A stretch of 64,000 nucleotides of DNA from Eledone cirrhosa (taxonomy: Eukaryota). Positions 9,141 through 23,191 of the stretch are shown here, one piece after another; position 1 is the stretch's first letter; each line of letters starts with the position of its first letter. Where the stretch lies: the NCBI GenBank assembly GCA_964016885.1, contig OZ024743.1:164796001-164860000 (forward strand), in the 5' to 3' direction. A program made the translations under genes and the position numbers. A model generated the notes under the pieces. It saw only the letters and a list, made by a program, of their open reading frames with translations, was not told where the DNA came from and made no database searches.

Positions 9141-12100
9141 AATACAGCACCATTTTGGTGCTGTTTAAATCAGAAGCCCTCGCTATGAAACACGCGATGA
9201 CTCTTTGAAAAACGAGCAAGGTCATTATGTACCCCTCCCACACGGGAAAAAGAACAGCTCATGTTTGCATTCCCGAGATTCTCTCAGGACTAGACGTATG
9301 GTGACTTATGGGATGCTTGATCGTGGAGGGGATGGATACCGTCCCGATTGAGGTTACGAGAACAGCAACGATACAAGAGCAAATAAACACAAACATCTGA
9401 ATTCGCAGACACCGCACCCAAAACAACAGCAACAAAACCATCACCATCACAATCCAGCAAACGAAAACAACCACAAGAACTAAACAAAACACACAAATTC
9501 GTGCTATTAAGAGGGGCCAACGAAGATTTGATGACCCTGATAGCACGAAGGCAACATATAGAAAAGAGGGGGAAATATTCTGCACCAGCACATTTCGCGA
9601 ACCGGAGAATCTGTCGATGGTACGCATGTCATTCGATGACTACAAAGAAATCAAAAAGAGCTTTTCTCAGCACGTGGTAAGCCCGAACGTAAAACCCACA
9701 TCTAGACTTTTAAAGGGGTTCCCAAAGGAAGCCCCACCAACTACGGAGGTCGGACCATCCGACCTCCATAAGACCCCGGGAGGTAAGTAGACTTTTCCTC
9801 TCTCTCTTTTAGCCAACCAAAATGAGGATCCTAAGAGTAGGATGCATAAATGTTGGTGGCCTGGGGTATTCCTGAAAGCAAGGTTGCCCGCTAAATGACC
9901 TCAGGTCTCTAGATATGGATGTGATTGTCATCAGCGAGACAAGGATTTCTGACACGCGCGCACTAACCCCCATTTTCGACGACTATTAGATCTTCGCATC
10001 TGTTAGTCGGCCGGGATGGGAAGTGGGGTGGCAGCGCTGTTTAGGAAAGGCCTGGATCTCGAGGTAAGATCGATCGTCCCGGACCCGGGCGGTAAGTTGG
10101 TGGTCCTGAACGTGAGCAATAGCGAAGGTGGTGTTCTTAGACAGGTGGCCGTCCCTACCGGGACAGGACGGCCGGATTTCTTTAGACGCCTGGAAGCCTT
10201 TCTGGGAATGTCTCGCTCTTTACTGTTAGCGGGGTACTGGAACGGCATCTTAGACGCACGCTAGGATTGTGTGTGAGTAGCTGATAGAGGCGGGAGGTGC
10301 AAAAGCCTCAAGTACCTGATCAGCCAGTTCCAACTGTCTGACATGTACCAACCTGATTTCCCTAATGCACCAGTGTGGACCTGGACCAAACACGTAGGGT
10401 AATCTATATCGTACATCTATATCGTACAGGTTCTTCATTAGGTCAGTAGATAAGAATGGTATAAGTTGTCCACACCTTTAGGTTGAATTGTGAGAGTTAA
10501 GGCGCGTGCTCTGAGAAACGAGGCAACCAAAGTTGTTAGATGGACCTGCATGGCAGAGGCGCAGCGTGGTAACAAAACCACAATTCGGTTTTTGACGGAC
10601 AGGAACGAACTCGAACTGAACGATTCCAGGAAAATATGTGAGGCATTTCACCTGCACTTTGCTCGGCTGATCAGGGGAGGTGGCGAGTCGGAGGCGGTGG
10701 TGGATTTCAGTCCTTACCTCGACGGCTTACCGCGTCTCTCGACGGCTGATGCTGAGCGCTGCGAAAGGCCGATAACGTCGTCCGAAATTTGGGATGCCCT
10801 AGTCGGCTGCACAAGGTGCAACTCACTCGGTTTAGATAGTCTTCCCCACGAGCTTTACGTAGCTATGTCAGACTTGTCCCCCGATTTCATTGAAGCGCTC
10901 TACTGCAACTGGTAGCAGAACGGGAGTATTCCCAGTTCTGTGAGTCGGGGCGTAGTGACGCTGATGAGGAAAGACGAGAACAAGAGAGATACGTTAGACA
11001 ACTTCAGTTCCATAGCTCTGCTCAACACAGAGTTTAAGATTTTGGCCAAGGTGTTAGCGAAGATATTGGCGTTTGTCGTCGAGGATTTGGAAGGGGAGAC
11101 GCAAACTTGCACAATCCCAACCAGGTCCATAGACGACAATCTCCACCTCGGGTAGGACTTCAGTGGAGCTCTGATCAATTTAGATTAATCAAAAGCTTTC
11201 GATAGGGCCGACCATTGATGGTGGCTATCCTCAAGGCAGCCGGTTTCGGTCCTGTCTTCAGAGGCTGGATCGCTGCAATACATGCGGCATCAACTCGGTA
11301 AGCAAAGTTAATGGCCACCTTTCGGAACCGTTTCAGATCTCCTGATCGGTCCGTCAAGGGTGCCCTCTCTCCTCTCTTCTGTACGTATTGACTCTCGAGC
11401 CTTTACTGCGAAAACTGGAGCAGTTGCAGGGCATCCCGCCCTAACCGGGATGCGAAAAGACTGTGATGGCTTATGCGGCCGACATCACCGTGATGGTGTC
11501 AGACACCTCGGAAATCGAGGTGGCTGGCATCTTTTTAGAGGAATATGAAAGGTTGACGTGAGCGAAACTTAACCCAGAAAAGTCGGTGGGCTTGCAGCTC
11601 GGCACCTGGAGAGGCAAGTACATGCCGTCAAACAGCGTCGTCGGGCACTGGACGGACGGACCAGTAACGTTGTTCGGGGTTTGGTTCGGCCGAGACTTCC
11701 AGGTAGATAAGAATTGGGACGAGGTGATGATCAGAGTAGCCACCCTCACTCAGAACTAGGCCGAGAGAAAGCTGTCTATGAAAGGCTGGGTGGGGGTAGC
11801 GAACGCGTCCGTCATCGACTACCACCTGACCGTCGTGCCTTGCCCCGTCACACTTCGCCAAACTCTAGCGGCTCCTCTTCAACTTCTTTTGAAAGAGACA
11901 CGTTTCGTTGTTGAGGCGGTCCATCTGCTGCCAGCACCCTCTACGCAGAGGGCTTGGTATGCCGTGGCTAATGATGCGCAGACAAGCGCTGAGGCTGCAG
12001 CATCTCCAGATATTCTGCCTAAACGATGAACAGGTGAGGTCGTCGTTTGTCAGACCGGCCTTTCCGCAGCTCGTCTCTTTGACTGAGCTGCAGTCCTGGG

Positions 12101-12580
12101 TGAAGAAGAGACCGGGACTGGGCGCCTGGTATCTGGAATGTTTCCAGGCACTCACGGTTGAAAGGACTGAAGACAGACACCTTTCTCTTCAGCCAATCCC
12201 TCATCAAATTTTTCAAGTCTCACATGGAAAGGAAGGTGAGGGTGGAGAGAGAAGTGCTGCCCCCAGTATATTTGCTAAAAGGTAGGTGAATGTAGTGAGA
12301 ATGTCTCGTGTGAATGGGCGTACTCTGAGCACGTGTCTGTAGGCTGGTTGATTTGAGGAGTAGAGGGGTGCCCTCAAAGCGTCATGTCGTTCAGAATTGA
12401 TGGGTTACTTCTGTCACCCCTGGTTTGTCCTCCCCACCGTTGGGGAATTTATTTTGTTATATTTTATTGTCAGTTGTTTTTATCAATTTGCTTTTACTCA
12501 ATTTTATTGTAAACCCCCAGTCCCTGTCAATTGTATTGTCTCCTATATGTAGGCCCTAGTGGTCAATAAAGAAATTTCTT
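9140..12580 (+). mobile_element. Tx1/L1-clade LINE (A2): ORF1 C-terminus, deleted ORF2, 3' UTR
   Basis: ORF1 stop near 9785, ORF2 ATG 9822 with APE motifs (GSGVAALF, LAGYWNGILD), RT motifs, 3' end GGCCCTAGTGGTCAATAAAGAAA near 12552-12574. Confidence 0.87.
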
Positions 12581-12589
12581 TCTTCTTCG

Positions 12590-15085
12590 CTCACCTTCGA
12601 ATGCTGGAGATGTATTACAATGTTAGCTGTTCACTACCAGTGAACTGAAGTAACGCCCCATATTTTTCGATTACCCTCCGGAGTATCCGAGCTGTTCCAA
12701 GCAATGCTGTTTTTTTTTTCTTCGTAAGTGTTCCATCCGTATTGCAATCCCTATTTGTTTTATCTACTTCTCAAGATCTCTACTCACTGTTCCCTAAACC
12801 CCAGTTATTATTGCTATTACCACCACCTTTTTTAGTGACCACAACTGCTTAACTTCCCAAGCTTGTCATATCTATCAATTTTTTTTCTTCTTTATCGTAT
12901 ACCTTGTTATCAACTGGACATGTTATATCTATGATCCAATACTGTTTGCTTTCTTTCTCAATTAATACAATATCTAGTCTCCTATGTGTAATCTCATGGT
13001 CACACTATTACAATTATCATTTGCATTATCATTTTCGATAACACGCTCATGGTTATGTATTGTACCACTTTTCTGCTCTGTCAAGTGCATATTTGCCACA
13101 AAGTGTCCAATGGACTCTCCTTGCTATGTTGTCATGACGTCTCTTATATTCTTCCTGGGTTAGTGGTGGGCATTGACAGGTAATATGCCATACAGTTACT
13201 CCATTCATCCCACAAATTCTACACTTACTACTTTCTTCTGTGTGGTCTATTCTATGCTTGATGTAGTTAGTTCTTAGTCCTTGTTCTTGAGCAGCACAGA
13301 TTAAGGTTTCTGTGTCCGGTTTTAAATCACGTTTAGCCATCCATAACCACCTTTTTTCTCTGTCTGTCCTATCTTCAACATCTCTATGGAATTGTCCATA
13401 CATTTTTTTTTCTGTCCATCTACTTTCAGTTTCATCCATCTTCAAATGCGTGTACTGTGTTTTTTCTGTGGAATTTTTTATGTACCACGCCATGTTATTG
13501 TCTTCTGTTCTAATGCTGTCTTTGCACCCTATAAATCCCCTTCCTCCTCTTTTTCTTGGTACATATAATCTGTCTGTGTCGCTCTTTGGGTGAAATATCC
13601 CATATCTAGTCAATATCTTCTTTCGGTCTAAACTGTTTAGCTCTTCCACTGTCCACATGACCACCCTCACCCCATATCTAAGGAGTGATACTGCCTATGT
13701 ATTGATAGCTTCTATCTTATTCCGTCCATTCAGTTTCGACTTGAGAATAAGTCTCAGTCTGAGCATCCATTCCGCCCTGAATTTTTCTTTCATTTCCTCC
13801 TGCATTATCTTATCAACTTTCAATATCCCTAGTATTTATAATTTTCCTCTTGTATTTGCTTCATAACCCTTCCTGATGACAACACCAACCCTCAATGCCT
13901 TTAATTTTGCCTCTGTTCAAGATTAATACACCATACTTTTTTAATCTGAACTCCATTCTGATGTCAGCACTAAATGTATACATCGTATCAATGAGGGAAC
14001 CAATCTGGGATTCATTCTTACCATAAAGCTTGGGGTCGTCTATGAATAATAAGTGGTTAATTTATTGCTGATGATCTTTGAATTCATACGCAGCTTAGCC
14101 TTTCTCAAAATCATTGTCAGTGGTATCATTGACAGTACAAACATCAGTGGTGACAGACTGTCTCTTGATTTCTATTGTTCCTAAATCTCGTCCATATACT
14201 GTCAGTTCAGTCTTCCACTCTTTCATAGTTTTCCTTAAGAATCGCTCAACATTTGATGCAATACCAAATAAGTTAATGTATTCCATAATCCAAGAGTGTG
14301 GAATCATGTCATATGCTTTGTGGTAATCAATCCCCGCCATGGTCAAGCTGGTTGTCCTCCTCTTGCTATCCTTAAATATTGTTTTATCTATCAAAAACTG
14401 TTCCTTTGTACCTCTGCATTTACGCTTGCACCCTTTCTGCTTATCTGGTAGAACTCCATTTTCTTCAAGATGCTCGTACATTGATTCTGCGATTATACCA
14501 GTCAATAAATTCCACATAAGAGGTAGGCATGTTATCGGTCTGTAGTTGTCTATCGAATTCCCTTTAATGTTATCTTTTAAGCACAAAACTATCCTGCCCT
14601 TTGTCAGCCGCTCAGATATCACTTGATCAGTATTGAGTTGTTCAGTTATTCGTTCATAGTATTGACTATATCTTTTAATCCAGTAGCCTTGAACTCCATC
14701 TAGTCCGGGGTCTTCCAGTTGCTCATCTTTTTTTGTTTTTGGCTTCCTTCATGTCCCTAACTGAAATGACTAGTTCTGCTTGCTATGGATAAACTGTTGT
14801 TTGTTTAAAATTCTTCTAATCATTCAGCGTCCTTCTTGTGTTCCTTTTCTTTACTTCAAATGTCGCTCCAAAACTTTTGATTTTCAATGTTATCCGGTAT
14901 AATCCCTTCATCTGTACACTGTCCATATATATCTCTGGATAGTTTATTTTGCTGATATTGATTCATTCTTTGTTCGTATCTAACTATCTTTGCTTTGTTT
15001 TGTTATGAGACGTTGCTTGATTTCCTCCGTTACTACATTTAGACCTTTTCTTTCAATATCCTACTTTCATTCTTTTCAGTGCTCT
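12590..15085 (-). mobile_element. R4/Dong-clade RLE LINE (copy 1), decayed
   Basis: [83 protein letters not shown] region near 12860-13000. Confidence 0.88.
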
Positions 15086-15098
15086 GATTATTATTATA

Positions 15099-15243
15099 TG
15101 CTTTGCAACATAGAGTTATGGCCCTTTAACTTCTGAGTTCAAATCCCGCCAAGGTTAACTTTGCCTTCCATCCTTACAGTGTCCATAAAATAAAGGCCAG
15201 TAATGCTGGCCTTGTGCCAAAAGTAGAAACAATTATTATTATT
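15099..15243 (+). mobile_element. 5'-truncated SINE (copy 6)
   Basis: B box, core and tail ending in (ATT)n shared with the 3' end of Dong copy 2. Confidence 0.85.
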
Positions 15244-15244
15244 T

Positions 15245-17690
15245 CCATTATTATTTTTATTGTGCATCATTACTGCTTTACTGAGCACAGCTCTGTGTGA
15301 CTTGGGTATGTGCAGTGTAGTTTTTGCTGATGTTTCTATTGTATTGATAGTACTTTTTCGTAATATGTGTGCAGTGCCTAGTAGTGCTATATTTTGTATG
15401 CTGTGTATATTTGTAAGTCCTGCGGTTTTGGCTATGTATTTGTCTGTGGTTTTTTAATCATTCCTAGAGCACCTATTATCATAGATATTGTTTCTGTTTT
15501 TATTTTCCACGTTCGAGTTATTTCTATCTCTAGATCTTTATATTTGGAGAGTTTCTCTATTTCCCTGGAAGATATATTATCGTCTGTGGGGATAGATACA
15601 TCTATTAGAAGACATATTTTTCTTTGTGGTCTTTGACTATAATATCTGGTCGGTTGGTCTTGATCTCTCTGTCTGTATGTATTGGCATATCCCAGAGAAT
15701 GGTTGCTTTGTCATTCTCTGACACTTTTTCTGATGTGTGTTTGTGCCATCTTTTTTCTGTTGGTATTTCATAATGTTGGCATAATTTCCAGTGTATGAAG
15801 GTCCCAACTCTATCATGCCTGTGGATATATTCTTTTTGGCTAGAGACTATGTGGTTGTTTCTTCTCTATCTCCACATTCTACAGTTACTTATAGGGCTTT
15901 GTTTCATTATGTACTTCTGGTAATTTCTGGTGGGTACACTCTGGTTCTGCTCTGCAATTAGAAATCCTTCTGTTTTCTCTTGCCATCGTTTTAACATGGC
16001 ATTCTGGGTGTTGTTTTCAATTTAAATTGTGTTTTTCACAATTTCTATTGTTTTTTTTCTTTGTTTTCATTTTCCTCACAATTTTTGGATTCATTAAAAA
16101 CCGAGAACAGTTTTTTGTTTTGTTCATGTTTTGTGGCTATTAGTATTACCTTTCCTTTGTTTTTTATTAGGGTTTTTTTTAGTCTTACAGTAGTTATCTT
16201 ATTAAAAAAAATTCTAGTAGCATAAGGCCCCTGTCTCCTTGTGTTGGGATTGCTAAAGTGTGGATGCCAATCACCTTATTCTTTGCATTTAGTTCAGTTT
16301 TGAGTATTAATCTAATCCTCCTGTAGTATTCTTTTCTAATCTTTTCTTTCATCTGTGTATGTTGAATATTATCTAGTTCGTTGATTTCTAAGTATTTGTA
16401 TGTCTGAGTTTGATCTAGTTCTCTTATTTCCGTTTCTTTATCTAACATGATATTATTGCTTTTCCCTAGTTTCCCTCTCTTCAGACTTGCTTTGGCACAT
16501 TTTTCTAATCCGAATTTCATACCTAATTCTTTTGTGAATCCATGTACAGTTTGGAGCAGTGTTTGGAGACGTTTTTCATTTGTAGTATACAGCTTTAGAT
16601 CATCCATATATAGTAGATGGTTAATTTTTCCATTGTAGCATTTATACCCTACCCCAGTTATGTTTAGTGTTTCAGATAGTGGTGTTAATGCTAGACAGAA
16701 AAGCATTGGTGATAGGGAGTCTCCTTGAAATATGCCTCTGTTGATTGGGATAGGCTCTGTTTTTATTGTTTTATCTTTTGTTTGTATCAGCAAAATTGTT
16801 TGTCATTTACTCATGGCCCGTTAGATAAATGTTGTTATTTTTGCTGATTTTTATTCATGGCTAGTGTGTTGAGTATCCATATATGGGGAACATTGTCAAA
16901 CGCTTATTCATAATCAATCCAAGCCATGCTGAGTTTTTTTGTTTTTTTTTTGCAGTTATCAGTTATTGCTTTATTTATTAATAACTGGTCTTTGCATCCA
17001 TAGGAGCCTCTGCAGCATCCTTTCTGTTCTTTTGGGAGCAGTTTTTTTCCAGGTGTTTGGTTATTTTCTGTGATAGTATTTAAGCTAAGGTTTTGCAGGT
17101 AGTAGATAAGCATGCTATGCTTCTGTAATTTTGGGGGTTTGCTGTGTCATTAATTTTGGGGATCAGGGTTGTTTTCCCTTTAGTGAGCCAGTCAGTTTTT
17201 TTCTGGTTCTATCAGAATTTCATAAAATTTCTTTGCTACCATATCCTGTATCTCTATTAAATATTTTAACCAGAAGTTGGAGATCTTGTCATGTCCTGGT
17301 GCCTTCCAATTGCTTGCCCTCTCAGTGTGATAGACACATCATCTGCTGTAATATCCTCCCATAGTGCTTGCTGTTCTTGCTAGCTTTGTACTTGGTAATT
17401 TCTTTTCCCCTTCTGCCCATATTCTTCTCCAGAACTCTTCCACTTCTTTTACTTTTGAGGCTACATTAACTTCTATTTTGTTTCTATTAAGTTCCTGGTA
17501 GAGTCATTTCGGGTTGGAGTGAAACAGCTGATTTTGTTGAAAAAACTTTTGGCATTTTTCATATCTCCGGATTTGTTGTGCCTTTGCCAGTATTTGTTGT
17601 TTTAAGCTTTCCTTAGTGTCTGGGATTTCCCTTTCTGTTATGTTGTATATTTTGTTTCCCCTGTTCTTATTTTGTTTTTCCTATTTCATC
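15245..17690 (-). mobile_element. R4/Dong-clade RLE LINE (copy 2), decayed, with 3' end
   Basis: [49 protein letters not shown]; RLE NRPDIIV near 15640; AT-rich tail near 15245-15260. Confidence 0.9.
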
Positions 17691-18950
17691 TCCAGATATT
17701 CTGCCTAAACGGTGAACAGGTGTGGTCGCTGTTTGTGAGACGGGCCTTTCCGCAGCTTGTCTCTTTGACTGAAGTGAAGTCCTGGGTCAAGAAGAGAGCG
17801 AGACTGGGTGATTGGCATCTGTAATGTTGCCAGGCACTCACTGCCCTCTTCTAGGCGGGAAATGTGGTCAGTGGAACTTCCACTTTCGAGTTCTATGGAG
17901 GATTAGTGGTGGGCAAGTGCGATGACGCACTCGAAGAGGCTCTGGGCGTCGAAGAAGCCGAACTGATCAGTCTGTTCCGGAGAACTTTCGAGCCGGGGAG
18001 TTATGGCCCTTTACGTTCTGCGTTCAAATTCGCCGAGGTTAACTTTGCCTTCCATCTTACGGGGTTGATAAAATAAAGCACCAGTAATGCACTGGAGTAA
18101 TTGCTGGTGGACAAGTGCGACGACACACTCAGAGAGGCTCTGGGGGTCGACGAAGTCGAACTAACTAGTCTGTTCCGGAGGACTTTCGAGCCGGTGACGA
18201 TGGATAACTTCCAAAAATCCCTTGCTTCGCAGTGCTACCGAGGGGCACTGCCGGTTCGAGATAAACTCAACAGACACGGAAGTGCTGTCAGATGGACCTG
18301 CCCGAGATGCGCACAGAGCGACGAAAGTGTCCGTGCATTACTGACTTGTGGAGTTATGACGAACAGCTACTGTCGCGTGTACAACAGATCCGGGTATCGG
18401 TCGAGCCCATAGTGAAAATCGACCCACCGCCTTCTTTTGGCCAGGAAGTGCAGGATATTTTCCTCTGTCTGGTGGCAGTTGCGAAAAAGGTTGTATGGTG
18501 GACCAGGTTGAAAGGACTGAAGACAGACACTTTTCTCTTCGGCCAATCCCTCATCAACTTTTTCAAGTTTCACTAGGAAAGGAAGGTGGGGGTGGAGAGA
18601 GAAGTGCTCCCCCCCCCCCCAGTACATTTGCTGAAAGGTGAGTGAATGTGGCGAGATTGGCCCGTGTGAGTTGGCCTACTCTGATCATGCGCCTGGAGGT
18701 GGGTGAATTTGAGGAGGAGAGGGTTGCCCTTCCCAGATGCCCTTGAAGCGTCAGGTCGTTCAGGATTGGTGGGGTACCTGAGTGTACCCTGGGTGGTCAT
18801 GCCCCCTATTGGGGAATTTTCCTTGTTGTATTTTTTTTTGTTTATTGTAATTGTTTTCCTATTTGTTACTCGATTTGTGTATAAAACCCCCATTGTCTCC
18901 GTCTATATGTCGGCCCCAATAAATGAAACCATTATTATTATTTTTATTAT
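17688..18950 (+). mobile_element. Tx1 LINE 3' end (B), interrupted by a SINE fragment
   Basis: ORF2 C-terminus CYRGALPVRDKL, CPRCAQSDESV; 3' end GGCCCCAATAAATGAAACC(ATT)n near 18912-18950. Confidence 0.88.
17997..18108 (+). mobile_element. Internal SINE fragment (copy 7) lacking head and terminal tail
   Basis: Matches the SINE from GAGTTATGGCCC to AATTGCTGG. Confidence 0.85.
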
Positions 18951-21363
18951 TGGTCTGATCGGACGTCGTTTTGCTCGATCCCTGTAAGTCGCTTTATTTA
19001 CCAGTTATAATTATTTGTTGTTAAATTTTTCTTGTTGTGTAAGGGATATAAGCCCATGGAATTTGCCCTGTGATGGGGAAAGTATAACATTTGGGCCTTT
19101 TGGCCCAAATATTTGAAGATTTTACTCTTTAAAATTATTTTTTGAAAACATGGCTGAGCAGCAATAATGGTGCCGCTGAAAACGGAGCCACTTCTTTTGC
19201 AGGCGTGGCTCGAAATATAGAGACAGTGCTAGTCACGGAGGAGGAGATGGCAGTCGCAAGAGCCATGGTGACTAGAAATGAAAATAGAGTTTCCCTGAAA
19301 CCTCCACCCGATTTCTTCAAAGATAAGCAGCTGCGCACGGTGACTTACCGCACCGTAAGCAAAATGTCACATCGAGTGGAGAGAGCCACGGAGGCTCAAA
19401 TTCAAAAGGCCTTGGGGTGCGTCTGGGCACGCAAAACCCACATCACCCGAGACAAAAAGTATGCCACAGTAGACGTACTTTTCGCCCCCCCCCCCCCAAC
19501 AAGCAAGTCTCACTCTTTGGAAACGCTAAGGAGTGAGGAGATAATCTTGGTACCCTCCTACTGCGGGCAGAAAATTGTGAGGGTCAAAGTGACCCAGGTC
19601 CCGCCCGACGTGCCCATACCTTGGTTGGCCGCGTCTGTTCTTGCTGGAATCGAGAAGACCACCATACTGCAAATACAGAGAATGGGAAGAGAGAACTGGT
19701 CAGGATTAGGCATGCAAATTCTAATACAGACTGACCAGGAGTGCATCGAGGCAATCCCAGACATAGACCTCGAAGATGGACTCCAACTCCCTATAAGCGT
19801 GGAAGGAAGTCGCCCAAAGTAGTATCTCTGTGAGTAGAAGGGTCTCCTCAGGGCCTTCTGCCCGCAAAAGACAGCCAAGAAGAGGGATCCCCTCCTTCCG
19901 ACACCGTATCCGCTCCTACCAAGAGCAGGGCAGGCAACAGAGGCAGAAGACCCCTCCATGGTGAATAGTAGAGCATCGTCCGTGGCACCCATACTAAGGC
20001 CACGGACAACTAAAACAGCGGCAACAGTGGCGGCAACACCAACAGTCGCAGTAGCTACACAAAATCGCCGGAGCGGACTCCACTACCACCACCAACAGCA
20101 GTGGAGCACATACCCCTCCCAGACGCCACGGAATCCGATATGGAGTATGAGGCGGGAGGGAAGTGGCAACCGGACTGCCACAAAAAATAAAAAAGGATAA
20201 ACCCCTTAGCTTCACCCCCGAAAAGCGAAAGCAAACAAAGAGCCGTAAAGGTTGCAAAGAGACTTGCAGCAACACCACCACCATCACTATCACCACCATA
20301 AGCATCACCACCAACAACAACCACACCACCACCATCATCACCAAAAACACGAACATCGCAAACACAACAAAACACACACACACCCAACAGCAAAAACAAG
20401 AAAACAGCAAAAAAAAATCCCCACCCCCCAAAAAAAAAGTACACAGCCATAAACATGGCAAATAAAGAACTCTTACAACATATAAAGGAGCACACAGACA
20501 TCACAGAAAAAAACTACTACACCCCACCAACACCAAGAACTCTCCCGACAAACATAAACATCATTGAAATCAAAATAGGACATTACAAACTTTTAAAACA
20601 AAAACTCCCAAACGCAGTTGGAGACTTAAGGGTCGGTTACCAAGAGCATATACACCGACATCCACTTGGAAACACCCATGACCAGCCAAAGGCACGGTTC
20701 TACTGTCCCTTCACCACACGATCAAGGTAAGTGATCCTTTCTCACTTACCCCGTTTCTCATCCAACATAGCCGTACTTAGAATAGGCAGTATAAATGTAC
20801 GTGGCCTGGGGTCATCTTGGAAGCAGGGTCACCTGCTCAACGACCTCGGGTCACTAAACATAGATGTGGTGGCCATCAGCGAGACCAGAATCTCCGAAGC
20901 ACGAGCCTTCGTACCGATCTTCGGCGGCTACGATGTATACGCATCTCCCAGCCGGCCAGGATCGGGGGGAGGAGTTGCCGTGTTTTTTCGGAAAGGCTTG
21001 GATCTCGCCATACGACCCAGAAGGTTAGTCGGTTGTGCTGGACGTGACCAGCAGCGAAGGCAATGCTTTCAGGCTAGTAGCCGTCTACGCCCCAACAGGG
21101 GCAGCACGGCCAGATTTCTTCAGACGTCTAGAAACCTTTCTTGGAACGTCCCACTCTTTAGTGTTAGTGGGCGACTGGAACGGTATCTTAGATGCACGCT
21201 GGGATTATGTGGGGCTAGTAGACAGGGCAGGAGGGTGTAAAAGCCTCACCAGCCGGCTCAGACGTTTTGAACTGTCTGACAGGTATAGAATGGATTATCC
21301 GAATGTGCCAATGTGGTCATGGGCAAACCGCATCGGGTCATCCAGATTGTATTCAGATAGGGT

Positions 21364-21746
21364 TTTAGAATGGCGTGGTATTAGTAAACATATTTGTGTT
21401 ACAATTGTACAAAGAATAAGAATAGCAGTGTGTGTTTATACTGGTTTACTTCATAGAAGTGAATAATGAAACGTACATATATTTTACCATTCATAGTGAG
21501 GAGGCTGGAGTCTCCTTAGGCTGTTGGTGAGTTGAGGATTTGCTCTGCATTCTGGCGTGTTGTTAACGAGACTGCTGCGAAGCGTCACAGAGAGGGAGTT
21601 GATCTTTCAGCCACTTACTTATAGTGGCCAAGAGGACGTAACTCCTTTTACCTCCTGTAGGTGACACCAGGGGTCACTACCGTCACAAAGGGACGCAACT
21701 CTTATTTTAGTTCTGATGTCCCCCGCAAGGGGGTGGGGGCGCTGCA
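21364..21746 (-). repeat. 3' LTR (complete, about 383 bp)
   Basis: Near-identical to 24635-24855 over the shared part; preceded on - strand by PPT CTGGAGGAGGGTAC (21747-21760). Confidence 0.85.
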
Positions 21747-21905
21747 GTACCCTCCTCCAGACGATAGGCGAAAAGCCCGAAGGTAACTGTAGCGAATCCA
21801 CAAGCATGAGATCCAAGCACAAGCATGAAAGAGTAACAACAATTCAAAAAGTACATGCATACATAGTTCAATGAAAAAGCAAACAAAAAGGCTCCAGTGG
21901 CCAGT

Positions 21906-23066
21906 TCATATAAAAGAAAGTTTGGCAGAATTTTGTTGGGCCAGAGGCCAGTTCATATGAAAAAAGTTTGACAGAATTTTTTGGGCCAGTCGACTCTTCG
22001 ACGGGAACGGGTCGTGGTCTTGTATGTAGGTGAAGGTGGGGCAGAAGGAGTAGGTGTGTGTGCGAAGGAGAAAGATGGGGGGCATTTGTGGATCAGGTGT
22101 GTGAGCATATGTGTGGGCCCTCATAAATCTATCGATAGAAACCGTCTCTCTGGAACCCCCAATGTCTACTGTGAAATGTTTATCAGTTTGGGCTAATACA
22201 CGGTAGGGTCCAGAGTACGGCTGTGTGAGAGGAGGTCTCACAGCATCGTTCCTCACGAACACGTGGGTCCACGAGGCAATATCCCTTGGGACTGCAGTTT
22301 TTACAGTTTGTTTCCTCGTGTCCATCGGCGGCAGATCCTGGAAATACGAACGCAGACGGGATACGATATGTGTAGCAAGATCGACAGGGGCAAGTATTTG
22401 CCCAGGCAACGCTAGAGGAGCACCATACAATAATTCGGCCGGGGAGAACCCAAGGTCCACCTTTATTGATGACCGGATCCCCAACAACACAATAGGGAGG
22501 TACTCGCTCCAACGCGTAGAATCAGAAGAAGTCCGTAGAGCGGCTTTTAGTTGTCGGTGGAAACGCTCCACCATTCCGTTAGATGCAGGATGATACGAAG
22601 TTGTTCGGATGCGTTTAGCACCCATGATCTTCGTTAATTCATAGAAGAGATTCGATTCAAACTGCCTTCCACGGTCCGTTGTAATCGTGGTTGGCACTCC
22701 AAAGCGGGCAATCCATCCTGATACTAGGGCACGCGCTGTCGTTTCAGCAGTGATGTCTTTCAAGGGGTTGGCTTCAGGCCATCGCGAAAAACGATCAATA
22801 ACAGTCAATAGATAAGTATGACCACCATTGACTGGCCAAGGTCCCACGATGTCCACCTGAATGTGCCGGAAACGGGCGTCCGGTGTACTGAAAGTACCGA
22901 GCGGAGCCTTAACGTGTTTATGGATTTTCGATTTCTGGCAAGCGATGCAGGAACGGCACCAAGCAGTAATATCGTGCCTCATATTTGGCCAGAAGAATCT
23001 GGTTGTTATGAGCTTTACTGTGGCAGAAGATCCTGGGTGGGAAATGCTGTGTAAAGCAAGAAACAC
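21906..23066 (-). CDS. Gypsy integrase (HHCC + DDE core + GPY/F module), open over 386 aa
   Basis: HSISHPG..CIAC; [55 protein letters not shown]. Confidence 0.9.
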   Translation of the reverse strand: MFLALHSISHPGSSATVKLITTRFFWPNMRHDITAWCRSCIACQKSKIHKHVKAPLGTFSTPDARFRHIQVDIVGPWPVNGGHTYLLTVIDRFSRWPEANPLKDITAETTARALVSGWIARFGVPTTITTDRGRQFESNLFYELTKIMGAKRIRTTSYHPASNGMVERFHRQLKAALRTSSDSTRWSEYLPIVLLGIRSSIKVDLGFSPAELLYGAPLALPGQILAPVDLATHIVSRLRSYFQDLPPMDTRKQTVKTAVPRDIASWTHVFVRNDAVRPPLTQPYSGPYRVLAQTDKHFTVDIGGSRETVSIDRFMRAHTYAHTPDPQMPPIFLLRTHTYSFCPTFTYIQDHDPFPSKSRLAQKILSNFFHMNWPLAQQNSAKLSFI

Positions 23067-23191
23067 AGTAGCGGGACGAATGGTCTCGGTGAATCCAAAG
23101 AAACGTCACAGAGAATCTGTCCGTCAGCAACCGTAAAAATCCATTTGAATTCTTGTCGAAGATTTCTGAATTGCAGAGGAAGCGAGATTTG

